A DNA stretch of 64,000 bases. Origin: an uncultured Clostridia bacterium. Its GTDB lineage: Bacteria; Bacillota; Clostridia; Oscillospirales; Ruminococcaceae. The notes below the pieces were generated by a model. It was given only the letters and a program-made list of their open reading frames with translations. It made no database searches and was not told the DNA's origin. The DNA lies in assembly GCA_947625125.1 (NCBI GenBank), contig CANQNF010000007.1, forward strand, positions 14,667-78,666. The letters run 5' to 3'. This document shows positions 44,735 to 54,653 of the stretch, one piece after another; positions within the stretch are counted from its first letter, which is position 1; every line of letters starts with the position of its first letter. Both the position numbers and the translations under genes were made by a program.

Positions 44735-47647
44735 ATGAAAACACTGAGACAAAACGACGTTCTGCACGGCTTCAAGGTGCGCTATGCACAGCCCCTTGAG
44801 GAAATAAACGCCGTGCTTTACCGCATGGAGCACATAAGAAACGGCGCCGACCTCGTCTGGCTCGCAAGGCCCGACGAGAATAAGACGTTCTGCATCGGCT
44901 TCAAGACCATCCCCGAGGACGACACCGGCGTATTCCATATTTTAGAGCATTCTGTGCTCAACGGCTCGGAAAAATACCCGTTGCGCGAGCCGTTTGTCGA
45001 GCTTATAAAGAGCTCTATGGCGACGTTTCTGAACGCGATGACATATCCCGACAAGACCGTTTACCCCGTCAGTTCCCGAAACCCCAAGGATTTTCTGAAC
45101 CTGATGGACGTCTATCTCGACGCGGCTGTAAACCCTCTGTCGGTCAAGGACCCCCACGCATTCCGGCAGGAGGGCTGGCACTATGAGCTCGACTCTCCCG
45201 ACGGCGAACTCAGGCGCAACGGAGTCGTCTACAACGAAATGAAAGGCGCGTTCGCTTCAAACGACGAGGTCATGTCGAGAGAACTCGGCCTCGGGCTTTT
45301 CCCGGACAACTGCTATAAATACGTTTCCGGCGGCCATCCCGAGCACATTACCGACCTGACCTATGAGAATTATCTTGCATCCCACGCGAGATTCTATCAC
45401 CCGTCAAATTCGAGGATAGTCCTTGACGGCGACCTCGACATAGACGCGGCCCTTGAAAAAATCGACTCGTTCATCGGCAAATTCGACAGGATAGAGCCGA
45501 GAGCCGATATTCCCATGCAGGCTCCCGTCGACGGCGGCGAGAGAACGGCAGAGTATGAGATAGGCGCCGACGAGGACGACAAAAACAAGGCCATAATCGC
45601 GGGCGGATGGGTCTACGGCGACTTCAACGACACCGAAAAGATATGGGCGTTCTCGGTCCTTGCCGACGCCCTCTGTGAGACAAACGACTCTCCTCTGACA
45701 AAGGCCATTCTCGATTCCGGGCTTGCCGAAGACGTCATCCTCTATAATTACGACGGCGTACAGCAGCCCTTTGCGAATCTCGTTATCAAAAACTGCGACC
45801 CCGAAAAGAGGGGAGAGATATGGAAAATCGTTTATTCCACTCTTGAGGGCCTCGCCGAGAACGGTCTCGACCACAAGCTTCTCTCCGGCATTTTGGCAAG
45901 GCGGGAATTCTCAAGCCGTGAAAAGGACTTCGGCTCCATGCCGAAAGGCCTCGTCTATGCTCTTACGACATATGAAACATGGCTCTATGGCGGAGACCCC
46001 GCCCGTAACCTTTGCTTAAACGAGCGCTTTGCTTCTCTAAGAAAGAAGATAGACGAGGGCTGGTTTGAAAAATTCATCCGCGAGGTATTTTTGGATAATA
46101 AACATAAGGCCGCGGTCTGCCTGTTCCCGTCAAAGACCCTGAGCCGTGAAAAGCTTGAGCGCGAGGCGGAGATATGCAAAAAAATAAAGGCCGGCTGGAG
46201 CAGCGAAGATATCTACGCCTGCATCGAGCAGTTCAAGGCCCTCAGACTCCGGCAGGAGACCCCCGATTCCCGCGAGCAGATTGAAAAGCTTCCGAAGCTG
46301 CGGCTTTCCGACGTCGAAAAGACCGCTAAGCTCCCGGCTCAGGAGATACGCGAGGTATCCGGCGTTACGCTCATGCAGCACGGCTACGAGACCGACGGCA
46401 TAGTCTATCTGAATCTTTATTTCTCGCTCAGCGACCTGACAAAGGATGAACTTAAGGAGGCTTCGCTTCTTTCAAAGCTTCTTACGAATATCCCGACCGA
46501 AAATTATTCTGCGGTCGGCCTTTCGGCAGAACTTCAGGCCAACCTCGGCCGCTTCGTCACGGACATGGAGGTCTATTCAAAGCCCGGTGATACGAAAAAC
46601 TGCGAGCCGTGGTTTATAGTCCGCACCGCCGCCCTCGAATCCAAAAAGCCCGAGATCTCAAGGCTTGCCGACGAGATTTTAAACAGGTCGGATTTCAGCG
46701 ACTCCGGCTTCATCTATAACCTCATCAGGCAGTATAAATTGGGCATGGAGCAATCCGTCGCCATGCGCGGAAACGCCTTTGCTTCAAGGCGCGCGCTCGC
46801 CTCGTTCACGGCGCGCGACTCGGTAGGGGAGACGGTCTCGGGTCTTACGTTCTTAAGATTTTTACAGAGCGCAGATTCCGGCTTCAAGACTTCCGGCGAA
46901 CAGCTCTGCCAAAGCTTAAAGGCCCTCTGCCGCAAAATATTCTCTAAAAACCGGGTCAGGGTCTCCCTCACCGGCCGCGAGGACGATAAGCTCGTTTCGG
47001 AAATTTTGGGCATTCTCAACGACGAAAAGCCGGGAACTCCCGTTAAATACGAGCTCTTCGACAGCGCCTCCGAGGGCTTCTCGATTCCTGCTCAGATAGG
47101 CTTTGCAGCCATCGCCGGTAACGGCTATGAAAAATATTCCGGCGTTTCCAAGGTCGCGTCTCAGATTCTGACCTATGATTATCTCTGGAACGACGTCAGA
47201 GTCAAGGGCGGAGCATACGGCGTGCACATGTCGAGTTTCCCTGACGGAGACGTGATGTTCTCGAGCTACCGCGACCCGAGCCCGTCAAGAAGCCTCGGCA
47301 GCTTCCGGGCATGCGGAGATGTTCTGAGAAAATTTGTCGACAGCGGTGAATCGGCCGAAAAATATATTATTTCGACGATTGCGAACAACGAGCCGCTCAT
47401 GACCCCGAGGTCCGAGGGAGAACTCGCCGCAAGAAGATATCTCTCGGGCACCACCGCCGAGGACGTCATCAGGGAGCGCGACGAGATTTTAAGCGCCACC
47501 CCCGAACAGCTCAAGGATTACGCGGCCGCCATCGACAGGCTCGTAGGCTCCGCAAAGGTCTGCGTCATCGGCGGCGAGCAGCTGGTAGAAGCCTGCAAAG
47601 TTGAAAAAATCGAACCCGTCCAGACCAAAGCCGAAGAAAACGAATAA
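44735..47647 (+). CDS. M16 family insulinase-like metallopeptidase (PreP-like, ~970 aa)
   Basis: It has the inverted zinc motif HILEHSVLNGS (HxxEH) and the length of the M16C class. Confidence 0.85.
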   Translation: MKTLRQNDVLHGFKVRYAQPLEEINAVLYRMEHIRNGADLVWLARPDENKTFCIGFKTIPEDDTGVFHILEHSVLNGSEKYPLREPFVELIKSSMATFLNAMTYPDKTVYPVSSRNPKDFLNLMDVYLDAAVNPLSVKDPHAFRQEGWHYELDSPDGELRRNGVVYNEMKGAFASNDEVMSRELGLGLFPDNCYKYVSGGHPEHITDLTYENYLASHARFYHPSNSRIVLDGDLDIDAALEKIDSFIGKFDRIEPRADIPMQAPVDGGERTAEYEIGADEDDKNKAIIAGGWVYGDFNDTEKIWAFSVLADALCETNDSPLTKAILDSGLAEDVILYNYDGVQQPFANLVIKNCDPEKRGEIWKIVYSTLEGLAENGLDHKLLSGILARREFSSREKDFGSMPKGLVYALTTYETWLYGGDPARNLCLNERFASLRKKIDEGWFEKFIREVFLDNKHKAAVCLFPSKTLSREKLEREAEICKKIKAGWSSEDIYACIEQFKALRLRQETPDSREQIEKLPKLRLSDVEKTAKLPAQEIREVSGVTLMQHGYETDGIVYLNLYFSLSDLTKDELKEASLLSKLLTNIPTENYSAVGLSAELQANLGRFVTDMEVYSKPGDTKNCEPWFIVRTAALESKKPEISRLADEILNRSDFSDSGFIYNLIRQYKLGMEQSVAMRGNAFASRRALASFTARDSVGETVSGLTFLRFLQSADSGFKTSGEQLCQSLKALCRKIFSKNRVRVSLTGREDDKLVSEILGILNDEKPGTPVKYELFDSASEGFSIPAQIGFAAIAGNGYEKYSGVSKVASQILTYDYLWNDVRVKGGAYGVHMSSFPDGDVMFSSYRDPSPSRSLGSFRACGDVLRKFVDSGESAEKYIISTIANNEPLMTPRSEGELAARRYLSGTTAEDVIRERDEILSATPEQLKDYAAAIDRLVGSAKVCVIGGEQLVEACKVEKIEPVQTKAEENE

Positions 47648-47665
47648 AAGGAAAATCTCCAAAAT

Positions 47666-47790
47666 CCGGGAGTGTCTTAATCGCCCGCATTATTCACAAC
47701 TTTTTAAATCGTTGCCATAGGCGACACCTTGAAATTCTGACATCTGACTTCTGACGTCTGTTTTCTGGATGTGGCCGCCTTGGCCACATC
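47666..47790. repeat. Composite repeat (tail / hairpin / heptad iterons / hairpin)
   Basis: It aligns by eye at roughly 85 percent identity over about 125 nt with 52595-52719. Heptads are at 47735-47769 and the hairpin GATGTGGCCGccttGGCCACATC is at 47768-47790. Confidence 0.8.
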
Positions 47791-47795
47791 TCAAA

Positions 47796-47826
47796 ATCCC
47801 CCGAGGCGCACCCAAGGGGGATTTTT
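47796..47826. terminator. Bidirectional terminator between the convergent M16 and anti-sigma genes
   Basis: An ATCCCCC...GGGGGAT stem is flanked by AAAA and TTTT. Confidence 0.6.
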
Positions 47827-49977
47827 CTATTCTCGTTTGCAAAACACATACCCGTACAGCACCACCTTTTCCGTCCCGCCGTCCTCGGAAAACTCCTCTC
47901 CCACGGTCTTCGGCTCCTTTAAAGCCGCGAGGATGAAGTCCCCGTACCCGTAAAGCGGCGTGCCCGGCTCTAAAATATTCGACGAAAGCTCATCTTCATC
48001 GTTCTCCTCATATTTTTCGCTCTCGCCAAGATACTCGCCTGCCTTGACAAAGTCCTCGCAGTTCTGCTTTGTAAGAATTATCCTGTTATACCGATATTTT
48101 TTGCCGTCACAGATTACAAATTCCCCGTCGTAATACTCCGAAAGCCGGTTTAAAAATTCAAGCTTTTCGGGCAGCTCCCGCCTGTCAAAGTCGGGCTCAA
48201 CGCCGGTTTTTCCGTCTGCCTTTCTGAACAGCCAGCCGTGCAGAACGCTACCGTCGGGCAGGACCATGTCCTCGTCGAGCCTTGCAAAGATAAACTCCCC
48301 GCCGATAAGCTCCCACAGCCTCGCGCTTACAAAGCAGTTCGACCTGAGCTTTTCATTTATCGGCTCGTCCGTCAGCTTAAAATTGCCGGTCTTAAATTCC
48401 GGAGTGCCGAAAATTTCCGAAAAATCGGCCTTTGTTTCGTCGGGGAGCGTGCACCGAAACGCCGTCGGCTGGGGCACGGCGCAGTACATAAACTCCGCAA
48501 ATTCCTCTTCGCTGAGCGTATAGCCGGTCTGCATGTAAAGTTCTCCGCCGCTGTTTCTTAACACGCTTTCGGGATATTTTATCGGCGCGTTTTTCTCAAG
48601 TTTTCGGGCAAATTCCTCCAAATAATTGTTATTTTTTGTCATTACATACGGCTCGGTCCCGGGCGCTTCTACGGTATTCGGATCATCCGGCTCGCGGTAT
48701 CCCGTCCACATTTCCTCAACAAGCTCCACCGGGTCGAGCTTTTTACTGTCAAGAGAATTTTTCATATTGATAATTTCATCCATAGAGTAGGGCGAATCGC
48801 TGTCAGAAAACTGTATTCTTGAGAGCATAGGCAGTCTTAAGATCTCATATTCCGTATCTGCAAGCCCGTCCCACGCTATCCTCACGACCGCACCGATCGG
48901 CGCGGGCTGCGCGGTCGTATAATAATCGGTAAAGCGGAAAACCGCCTCGTAATAGGGGAACGATCTCGGGCTGTCGCAGCCCGACGCGATAAGCTGGTCA
49001 TACATATAAAAGCAGGCGTAGATATTTTTATCGGCCGTATCGTTTGCCGCAAGATAGAAAATAAAGCCGTCCGCTTCTTCGTCGTAATACTCGTCTAAAA
49101 CCGTGAATTCCTTTTGCATAAGCGGCCTTTTGGAGTTATAGACTACGGTCCCGTCGTTATAGACAAGCGCGCCGCCCGTGTACGTCATCGTCTCCGAAAG
49201 CTTTTTCTCAAAGGCTTCTCTCGCCTCATCCGTAAGGCCGAAGCCGTCTATCTCGGAAAGCACCTTTTCTATATCGTCGTCGGTTATGCCCGCCTTTTCA
49301 TAGTCCGAGGCTGTATGCACATAAAGCCACTTCGGGGAGTAGAGATTCTTGCCCTTTACTATGGCGGAGTCTGCGGCGAAGTGCTCGGCGACGGCCTCTG
49401 CGTCGTCCGAAAGAATAAGCTCGATTTCTTCATCCGAAAAATCGTCCCTTTCGGAACCCGTTCTTGCCCCGACAAGTATTTCACGAACGGTCTCGTCGGG
49501 AATGTCAAATCGCCGGATGAACGAATAAAGGTTTGCCAGCTCGTCGACGGCGGTGTAATCGCTCATCTTTGACGAGCAGGCGCTGAGCCACCTCTCGGTC
49601 TCCTCACGCCCCGCAATTTCGCAGAGCTCCCCGTCAAGATTCTCAAGTTTAAAATCAACTGTGGCATAGAATCCGGAGCCTTGGCCGTTTTCGGGTTCAT
49701 CTGAAGAGAACGGCTCGGGCATGTCCCCGTACAGGTCCTCCGTCGGCAGGGGAGTCTCATATGGTAAAACGCTCTCGGACGTCACGTCGGGCCTGCGGCT
49801 GATTTTAAGGTCTTTTGAGGTGATGAAAAAAACGCATATCCCGAAAGCCGCGGCTATACAAGCGGCAGCCGGCAGATATTTGACAAACCCCGTTTTTTTC
49901 GGCATATAATCGACAGCGGCGTCTATGTGGCGCTCGTCGATAAGACCCATGGCGTCGGCGATTTTCGGTATGTTCAT
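47827..49977 (-). CDS. Large putative anti-sigma factor / membrane-anchored protein (716 aa)
   Basis: The N-terminus IADAMGLIDERHIDAAVDY plus one TM helix resembles 15082..15702. It overlaps the stop of the upstream sigma gene by 4 bp. Confidence 0.5.
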   Translation of the reverse strand: MNIPKIADAMGLIDERHIDAAVDYMPKKTGFVKYLPAAACIAAAFGICVFFITSKDLKISRRPDVTSESVLPYETPLPTEDLYGDMPEPFSSDEPENGQGSGFYATVDFKLENLDGELCEIAGREETERWLSACSSKMSDYTAVDELANLYSFIRRFDIPDETVREILVGARTGSERDDFSDEEIELILSDDAEAVAEHFAADSAIVKGKNLYSPKWLYVHTASDYEKAGITDDDIEKVLSEIDGFGLTDEAREAFEKKLSETMTYTGGALVYNDGTVVYNSKRPLMQKEFTVLDEYYDEEADGFIFYLAANDTADKNIYACFYMYDQLIASGCDSPRSFPYYEAVFRFTDYYTTAQPAPIGAVVRIAWDGLADTEYEILRLPMLSRIQFSDSDSPYSMDEIINMKNSLDSKKLDPVELVEEMWTGYREPDDPNTVEAPGTEPYVMTKNNNYLEEFARKLEKNAPIKYPESVLRNSGGELYMQTGYTLSEEEFAEFMYCAVPQPTAFRCTLPDETKADFSEIFGTPEFKTGNFKLTDEPINEKLRSNCFVSARLWELIGGEFIFARLDEDMVLPDGSVLHGWLFRKADGKTGVEPDFDRRELPEKLEFLNRLSEYYDGEFVICDGKKYRYNRIILTKQNCEDFVKAGEYLGESEKYEENDEDELSSNILEPGTPLYGYGDFILAALKEPKTVGEEFSEDGGTEKVVLYGYVFCKRE

Positions 49978-50528
49978 ACCCTCACCCCTTTCTCGGCAAG
50001 CATTTTTCTGAGCCTTGAGCGGCTTCTGAAAAGGCTGGTTTTGACCTTTGATTCGGAAAACCCGAAGCGGCGGGCTATCTCGGAAACGCTGTCAAAGAAC
50101 CAATACCGCCTTATAAAGATATTTTTCGAGCATCCGTCCGCGCTGTCCAAAAATTCGTTGATTATCTCCGCTATTTCGTTTTCGGTGCAGCCCGGGCGCA
50201 TGGATTCGTCCGGCAGTACCTCCTTAAGCTCCTCAAGAGATACCTCGAGGTCACGGGAGCGCTTTTTTGCGAGATTTTTTCTCAGCCTGCCGAGGGAGAT
50301 GTTCCTGACTATTTTAAGCAAAAATCCCCGAAAGCTTTTAGGCCGGGTCGGCGGTATGGCGTTCCAGACCCCGAGATACGAGTCGGCCACGCATTCCTCC
50401 GAATCGAGCCGTGATTCAAGAATGTTATTTGCGACCTGAAAGCACAGCCCGCCGTATTTCAGCTCGGTCTCGGAAATGGCGCTCTCGTCGCGCTCAAAGT
50501 ACAGTTCGATAATTTTTTCGTCTTCCAT
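49974..50528 (-). CDS. Sigma-70 family (ECF-like) sigma factor
   Basis: This is Met20 of ORF 49974..50585. MEDEKIIELYFERDESAI...YLGVWNAIPPTRP...IVRNISL parallels 14525..15085. Confidence 0.8.
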   Translation of the reverse strand: MEDEKIIELYFERDESAISETELKYGGLCFQVANNILESRLDSEECVADSYLGVWNAIPPTRPKSFRGFLLKIVRNISLGRLRKNLAKKRSRDLEVSLEELKEVLPDESMRPGCTENEIAEIINEFLDSADGCSKNIFIRRYWFFDSVSEIARRFGFSESKVKTSLFRSRSRLRKMLAEKGVRV

Positions 50529-50709
50529 GCGGCACTTCCTTTCTGTATATAAAGTCGCAAAACGCCGGGGAAAGGTTACATTCATTATATCATTTAATCA
50601 TTTTGGGGGCAAGATTTTTTAGGCGTTTTGACATAAAAACCGTCCACCCTCTCCCGCGTTTTGCAAGAAGAGGGTGGAATATGTTATGTTGGGCCGAAAC
50701 TGTCATAAA

Positions 50710-51375
50710 TTATTTTTTGTTCACCGCGCTGAACCAGACCGCGAAGCCGAGTATCACGAGGAAAACTGCCGCAATAATTACATAAAAATACCATTTTTCA
50801 TTCGGCTTGCTGCGCTCGGCGACGAGCTCGCGGAAATATGTAGCCTTGAGCGGCTTTTGAAGCGCGAAGTACAGCGGCACCGCCACGACCACCGAAATAA
50901 CGGCGTTTATAGACGACGTGAGCAGGTTTGTAGCAGCTGCCGTGAACGCCGTGCCGACCTCATATCCCAAAATTCGCTGGGAAATATAGGTCTTTCCGAC
51001 GTAGAGAACGATGTAGGCAAGCTGTCCGACTATGGCGCAGAGCAGGATATGCGCACGCTCGTTTTTCAGCCGTTTCTCGCTTTTCGAGAGGTATCCCGCG
51101 AGAAATCCCATCGCAAATTTTGTGAGGAACGTGACGGGGCTCGAAACGATGTAGACCGGGTCCAAAAGGTCGTAGAGACTGGCGCCGATGCCCGAAGCAA
51201 GCCCGCCGGTAAGCCCTCCGAACAGAAGTCCCGCAAGTATGCAGACGGCGTTGCCGAAGTGTATTCGGGTTACGAGTACGCCGTTCGGAATTTTTATCTG
51301 TAAATAATTTCCTACGAAGCAGAGCGCCGCCATAAGTCCGACGGCGACAACTGTCGCAAGCTTTTTGTTTTTCAT
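50710..51375 (-). CDS. ECF transporter S component (substrate unknown)
   Basis: A 221-aa protein with ~6 TM helices. It reads IHFGNAVCILAGLLFGGLTGGLASGIGASLYDLL. Confidence 0.6.
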   Translation of the reverse strand: MKNKKLATVVAVGLMAALCFVGNYLQIKIPNGVLVTRIHFGNAVCILAGLLFGGLTGGLASGIGASLYDLLDPVYIVSSPVTFLTKFAMGFLAGYLSKSEKRLKNERAHILLCAIVGQLAYIVLYVGKTYISQRILGYEVGTAFTAAATNLLTSSINAVISVVVAVPLYFALQKPLKATYFRELVAERSKPNEKWYFYVIIAAVFLVILGFAVWFSAVNKK

Positions 51376-51740
51376 AAAAATGCCTTCTTTATCAGAAATT
51401 GTAAGTATGCGCGCTTCTTAACTGTCTATAATTATACCCGCAAAATCAAAAAATGCAAATTTCAGAAATGCCGATGTAAATATTTTACTTTTAGATATTT
51501 TGCATATAAATTCAAATGCCTAAAATCTTAAAATAATAAATTTTTAATAATATTTTTCAGCAGTTCGCCTACGCTGCAAAATCTGCGCCGTCATTTTTAA
51601 TATTTATATAGTATATCATAAGCGCTAAACTGTGCAAATAGTAGAAAGATGAGCAGGGGGGAGCATGTCAAAAAAACTACCCCGGAGCGCCTGACCGCAC
51701 CCGGGGAGCATTAAGTATCTTAAATTGTATGTTTTCAGGC

Positions 51741-52484
51741 TCAGTCTTCCTCCGGTTCCTCCGGCATATCCCAGTTGTGATAGACCTCCTGGACGTCGTC
51801 GTTGTCGTCGAGAGTGTCCAAAAGAAGATTCATAAGGCGAATCTGCTCGGGGTCGTTGAGCGCCGTATAGGTCGAGGGAACCATCGCGTCCTCGGCGGAG
51901 TTTATCTCATAGCCCATACCCTTGAGCGCCTCTGCGACCTTGTAGACGTCGTTCGGCTCTGCGGTTATCTCAACGCCGTCGTCCTCGATGTTAAAGTCAG
52001 TGGCGCCCGCCTCGAAGCAGTCCTCCATGAGCTTGTCCTCGTCGCAGCCGTTGTTTTCCATCGTGATAACGCCCTTGCGCGTGAACATGAACGACACACA
52101 GCCGGTGGTGCCCATGTTGCCGCCGAATTTGTCGAAATAATGCCTGACGTCGCCGGCTGTGCGGTTTTTGTTGTCTGTGAGGCATTCTACTATGACAGCC
52201 ACTCCGCCGGGCCCGTAGCCCTCGTAGACCATGGTCTCATAGCTGTTTTTGTCGTTGTCTCCGGCAGCCTTTTTGATAACTCGGTCGATGTTGTCGTTCG
52301 GAACGTTGTTTGCCTTTGCCTTGGCAATGAGGTCGCGAAGCTTAGAGTTGGAGGCGGGGTCGGGGCCGCCCTCTTTGACGCAGACGGTTATTTCGCGGCC
52401 TATTCTTGTGAAAATTTTGGCCTTAGCGCCGTCGGCGGCTTCCTTTTTGCGTTTGATATTATTCCATTTTGAGTGTCCGGACAT
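51741..52484 (-). CDS. yebC: YebC/PmpR family DNA-binding regulator
   Basis: MSGHSKWNNIKRKKEAADGAKAKIFTRIGREI... is the hallmark N-terminus. Confidence 0.9.
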   Translation of the reverse strand: MSGHSKWNNIKRKKEAADGAKAKIFTRIGREITVCVKEGGPDPASNSKLRDLIAKAKANNVPNDNIDRVIKKAAGDNDKNSYETMVYEGYGPGGVAVIVECLTDNKNRTAGDVRHYFDKFGGNMGTTGCVSFMFTRKGVITMENNGCDEDKLMEDCFEAGATDFNIEDDGVEITAEPNDVYKVAEALKGMGYEINSAEDAMVPSTYTALNDPEQIRLMNLLLDTLDDNDDVQEVYHNWDMPEEPEED

Positions 52485-52594
52485 AAAAAATCTCCTTTTT
52501 ATAGTTTCAGCGAAGCTGATAATAATTTAGTATATTATATCACACACCCGCCAAAAGGTCAAGAGGCTCACCGAGAAAGATGCGTCCTAATCGA

Positions 52595-52719
52595 CCGGGA
52601 GTGTCTGAACTGCCCGCATTATTCACTATTTTTAAAATCGTCGCCGCAGGCGACGCCTTGAAATTCTGTCATCTGATTTCTGACCTCTGTCTTCTTGATG
52701 TGGCCGCTTCGGCCACATC
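52595..52719. repeat. Composite repeat (tail / hairpin / heptad iterons / hairpin)
   Basis: GTCGCC-gca-GGCGAC (52640-52654); heptads TTCTGTC ATCTGAT TTCTGAC CTCTGTC TTCTTGA (52664-52698); GATGTGGCCGcttcGGCCACATC (52697-52719). Confidence 0.8.
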
Positions 52720-52914
52720 TTCATCTCCGACACCCCTTTACATTTCCCTTTTTTTATGCTATAATAACCGTAAACGGTTATTATACTTTATTTAAGTCGC
52801 CCTTTTGCTCCCCGACTTCGTCGGGAACCGCAAAATATGGCTGATTATAGCACAAATCCTGCGGATTTATGCTATAATACCCTTAACCATACTCAAAAAG
52901 AACAGGAGGACACT

Positions 52915-54651
52915 ATGGCTAAGACATTACTTTTGGGGAACGAGGCGGTGGCCCGCGGGCTTTACGAGGCCGGAGTCAGGTTTGTCTCCGCATACCCCGG
53001 CACGCCGTCGACAGAAATCACCGAGACGGCAGTCAAATTTGACGAGATCTACTGCGAATGGGCGCCGAATGAAAAAGTCGCCTTTGAGGCGGCTTTCGGG
53101 GCTTCTTTGGCGGGAGCGAGGAGCTTCTGCGCCATGAAGCACGTCGGCCTCAACGTTGCGTCAGACCCCCTCTACACCGCTTCCTATATCGGCTCGAACG
53201 CCGGTCTTGTCTGCGCGGTCGCCGACGACCCCGGCATGCATTCGTCCCAGAACGAACAGGACTCACGCCGCCATGCGATGGCCTCAAAGGTCCCCATGCT
53301 CGAGCCGTGCGACTCGACCGAGTGCCGCGACTATGCAGCTTTGGCCTACGAGATCTCCGAGATGTTCGACACGCCGGTGCTCTTGCGGCTTTCGACGAGG
53401 ATATCTCACTCTCGCTCCCCGGTAGAGCTTCATGAAAGAAAAGAGCTCGCCCTTAAGGATTATGAGAAAAACGTGACCAAAAACGTCATGATGCCCGCGA
53501 TGGCGAGGATAGCTCATAAAAAAGTCGAGGAAAGGCTTATAAAGCTTAAGGAGTATGCCGAAACATCCGGCATAAACCGCGTCGAGTGGGGAGACAGAAA
53601 GTTAGGCATTATAGCCGCAGGTTCATCCTACGCATACGCAAAAGAAGCCTTGGGAGAGAACGCCTCGTATCTTAAGCTCGGCATGGTAAACCCGCTTCCC
53701 GTCGAGCTTATAAAGGACTTCGCCTCAAAGGTCGAGCGCCTTATAGTCGTCGAGGAGCTTGACGACATAATCGAGAGCCACTGCTTAAAGCACGGCATAA
53801 AGGTCGAGGGCAAATCCCTCTTCCCGTTCGAGGGCGAGTTCTCCCAGTCTGTCATCAAAAAAGCCGTTCTCGGCATTTCTCCGAGCTATAACGAGCTTCC
53901 TCATCCCGTTGTCGGCAGGCCTCCGATGCTCTGCTCCGGCTGCCCTCACAGGGGCCTCTTCTATGCTCTCAGAGGTTTAAACCTTTACGTCAGCGGTGAC
54001 ATCGGCTGCTACTCTTTGGGAGCGCAAGCGCCTCTTTCAATGCTCGATTCGGTTTTGTGCATGGGCGCGTCTATAAGCGGGCTTCACGGCTTCAACACCG
54101 TAAGAGGAAGCGAGCAGGCCAAAAAGTCGGTAGCCGTCATAGGCGATTCGACGTTCATCCACTCGGGTATAACCGGCCTTATAGATATTTCCTATAATCA
54201 GGGACTCTCGACGGTCATAGTCCTCGACAACTCCATCACCGGCATGACCGGCCACCAGAACAATCCCGCCAACGGCCTTACCATAAAGGGCGACCCGACG
54301 GCGGCGGTTGACCTTGAAGCGCTTGCTAAGGCCATCGGCTTCCGAAGAATAAGGGTAGTCGACCCGTACGACGTCGCCGAGACCAAAAAGACCGTCATGG
54401 AGGAGCTTGAAGCCCCCGAGCCGTCTCTTATCATAGCAAGACGGCCCTGTGCGCTGTTAAAAAATGTCAAGCACTCCGCGCCCCTTAAGGTCGACCGGGA
54501 CAAATGCGTGGGCTGTCGTCAGTGCCTTAACGTCGGCTGTCCGGCGCTTTCCCGGAAAGACAAAAAGGCTCTTATCGACCCGAACCAGTGCCTTGGCTGC
54601 GGCATATGCGCATACGCCTGCAAGCCCGGGGCAATCGTCAAGGAGGGATGA
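52915..54651 (+). CDS. iorA: Indolepyruvate:ferredoxin oxidoreductase alpha subunit
   Basis: This is Met27 of ORF 52837..54651 (RBS CAGGAGG). It has a TPP-binding core and the C-terminal 2x4Fe-4S motifs CVGCRQCLNVGCP and CLGCGICAYACKP. Confidence 0.85.
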   Translation: MAKTLLLGNEAVARGLYEAGVRFVSAYPGTPSTEITETAVKFDEIYCEWAPNEKVAFEAAFGASLAGARSFCAMKHVGLNVASDPLYTASYIGSNAGLVCAVADDPGMHSSQNEQDSRRHAMASKVPMLEPCDSTECRDYAALAYEISEMFDTPVLLRLSTRISHSRSPVELHERKELALKDYEKNVTKNVMMPAMARIAHKKVEERLIKLKEYAETSGINRVEWGDRKLGIIAAGSSYAYAKEALGENASYLKLGMVNPLPVELIKDFASKVERLIVVEELDDIIESHCLKHGIKVEGKSLFPFEGEFSQSVIKKAVLGISPSYNELPHPVVGRPPMLCSGCPHRGLFYALRGLNLYVSGDIGCYSLGAQAPLSMLDSVLCMGASISGLHGFNTVRGSEQAKKSVAVIGDSTFIHSGITGLIDISYNQGLSTVIVLDNSITGMTGHQNNPANGLTIKGDPTAAVDLEALAKAIGFRRIRVVDPYDVAETKKTVMEELEAPEPSLIIARRPCALLKNVKHSAPLKVDRDKCVGCRQCLNVGCPALSRKDKKALIDPNQCLGCGICAYACKPGAIVKEG

Positions 54652-54653
54652 AC

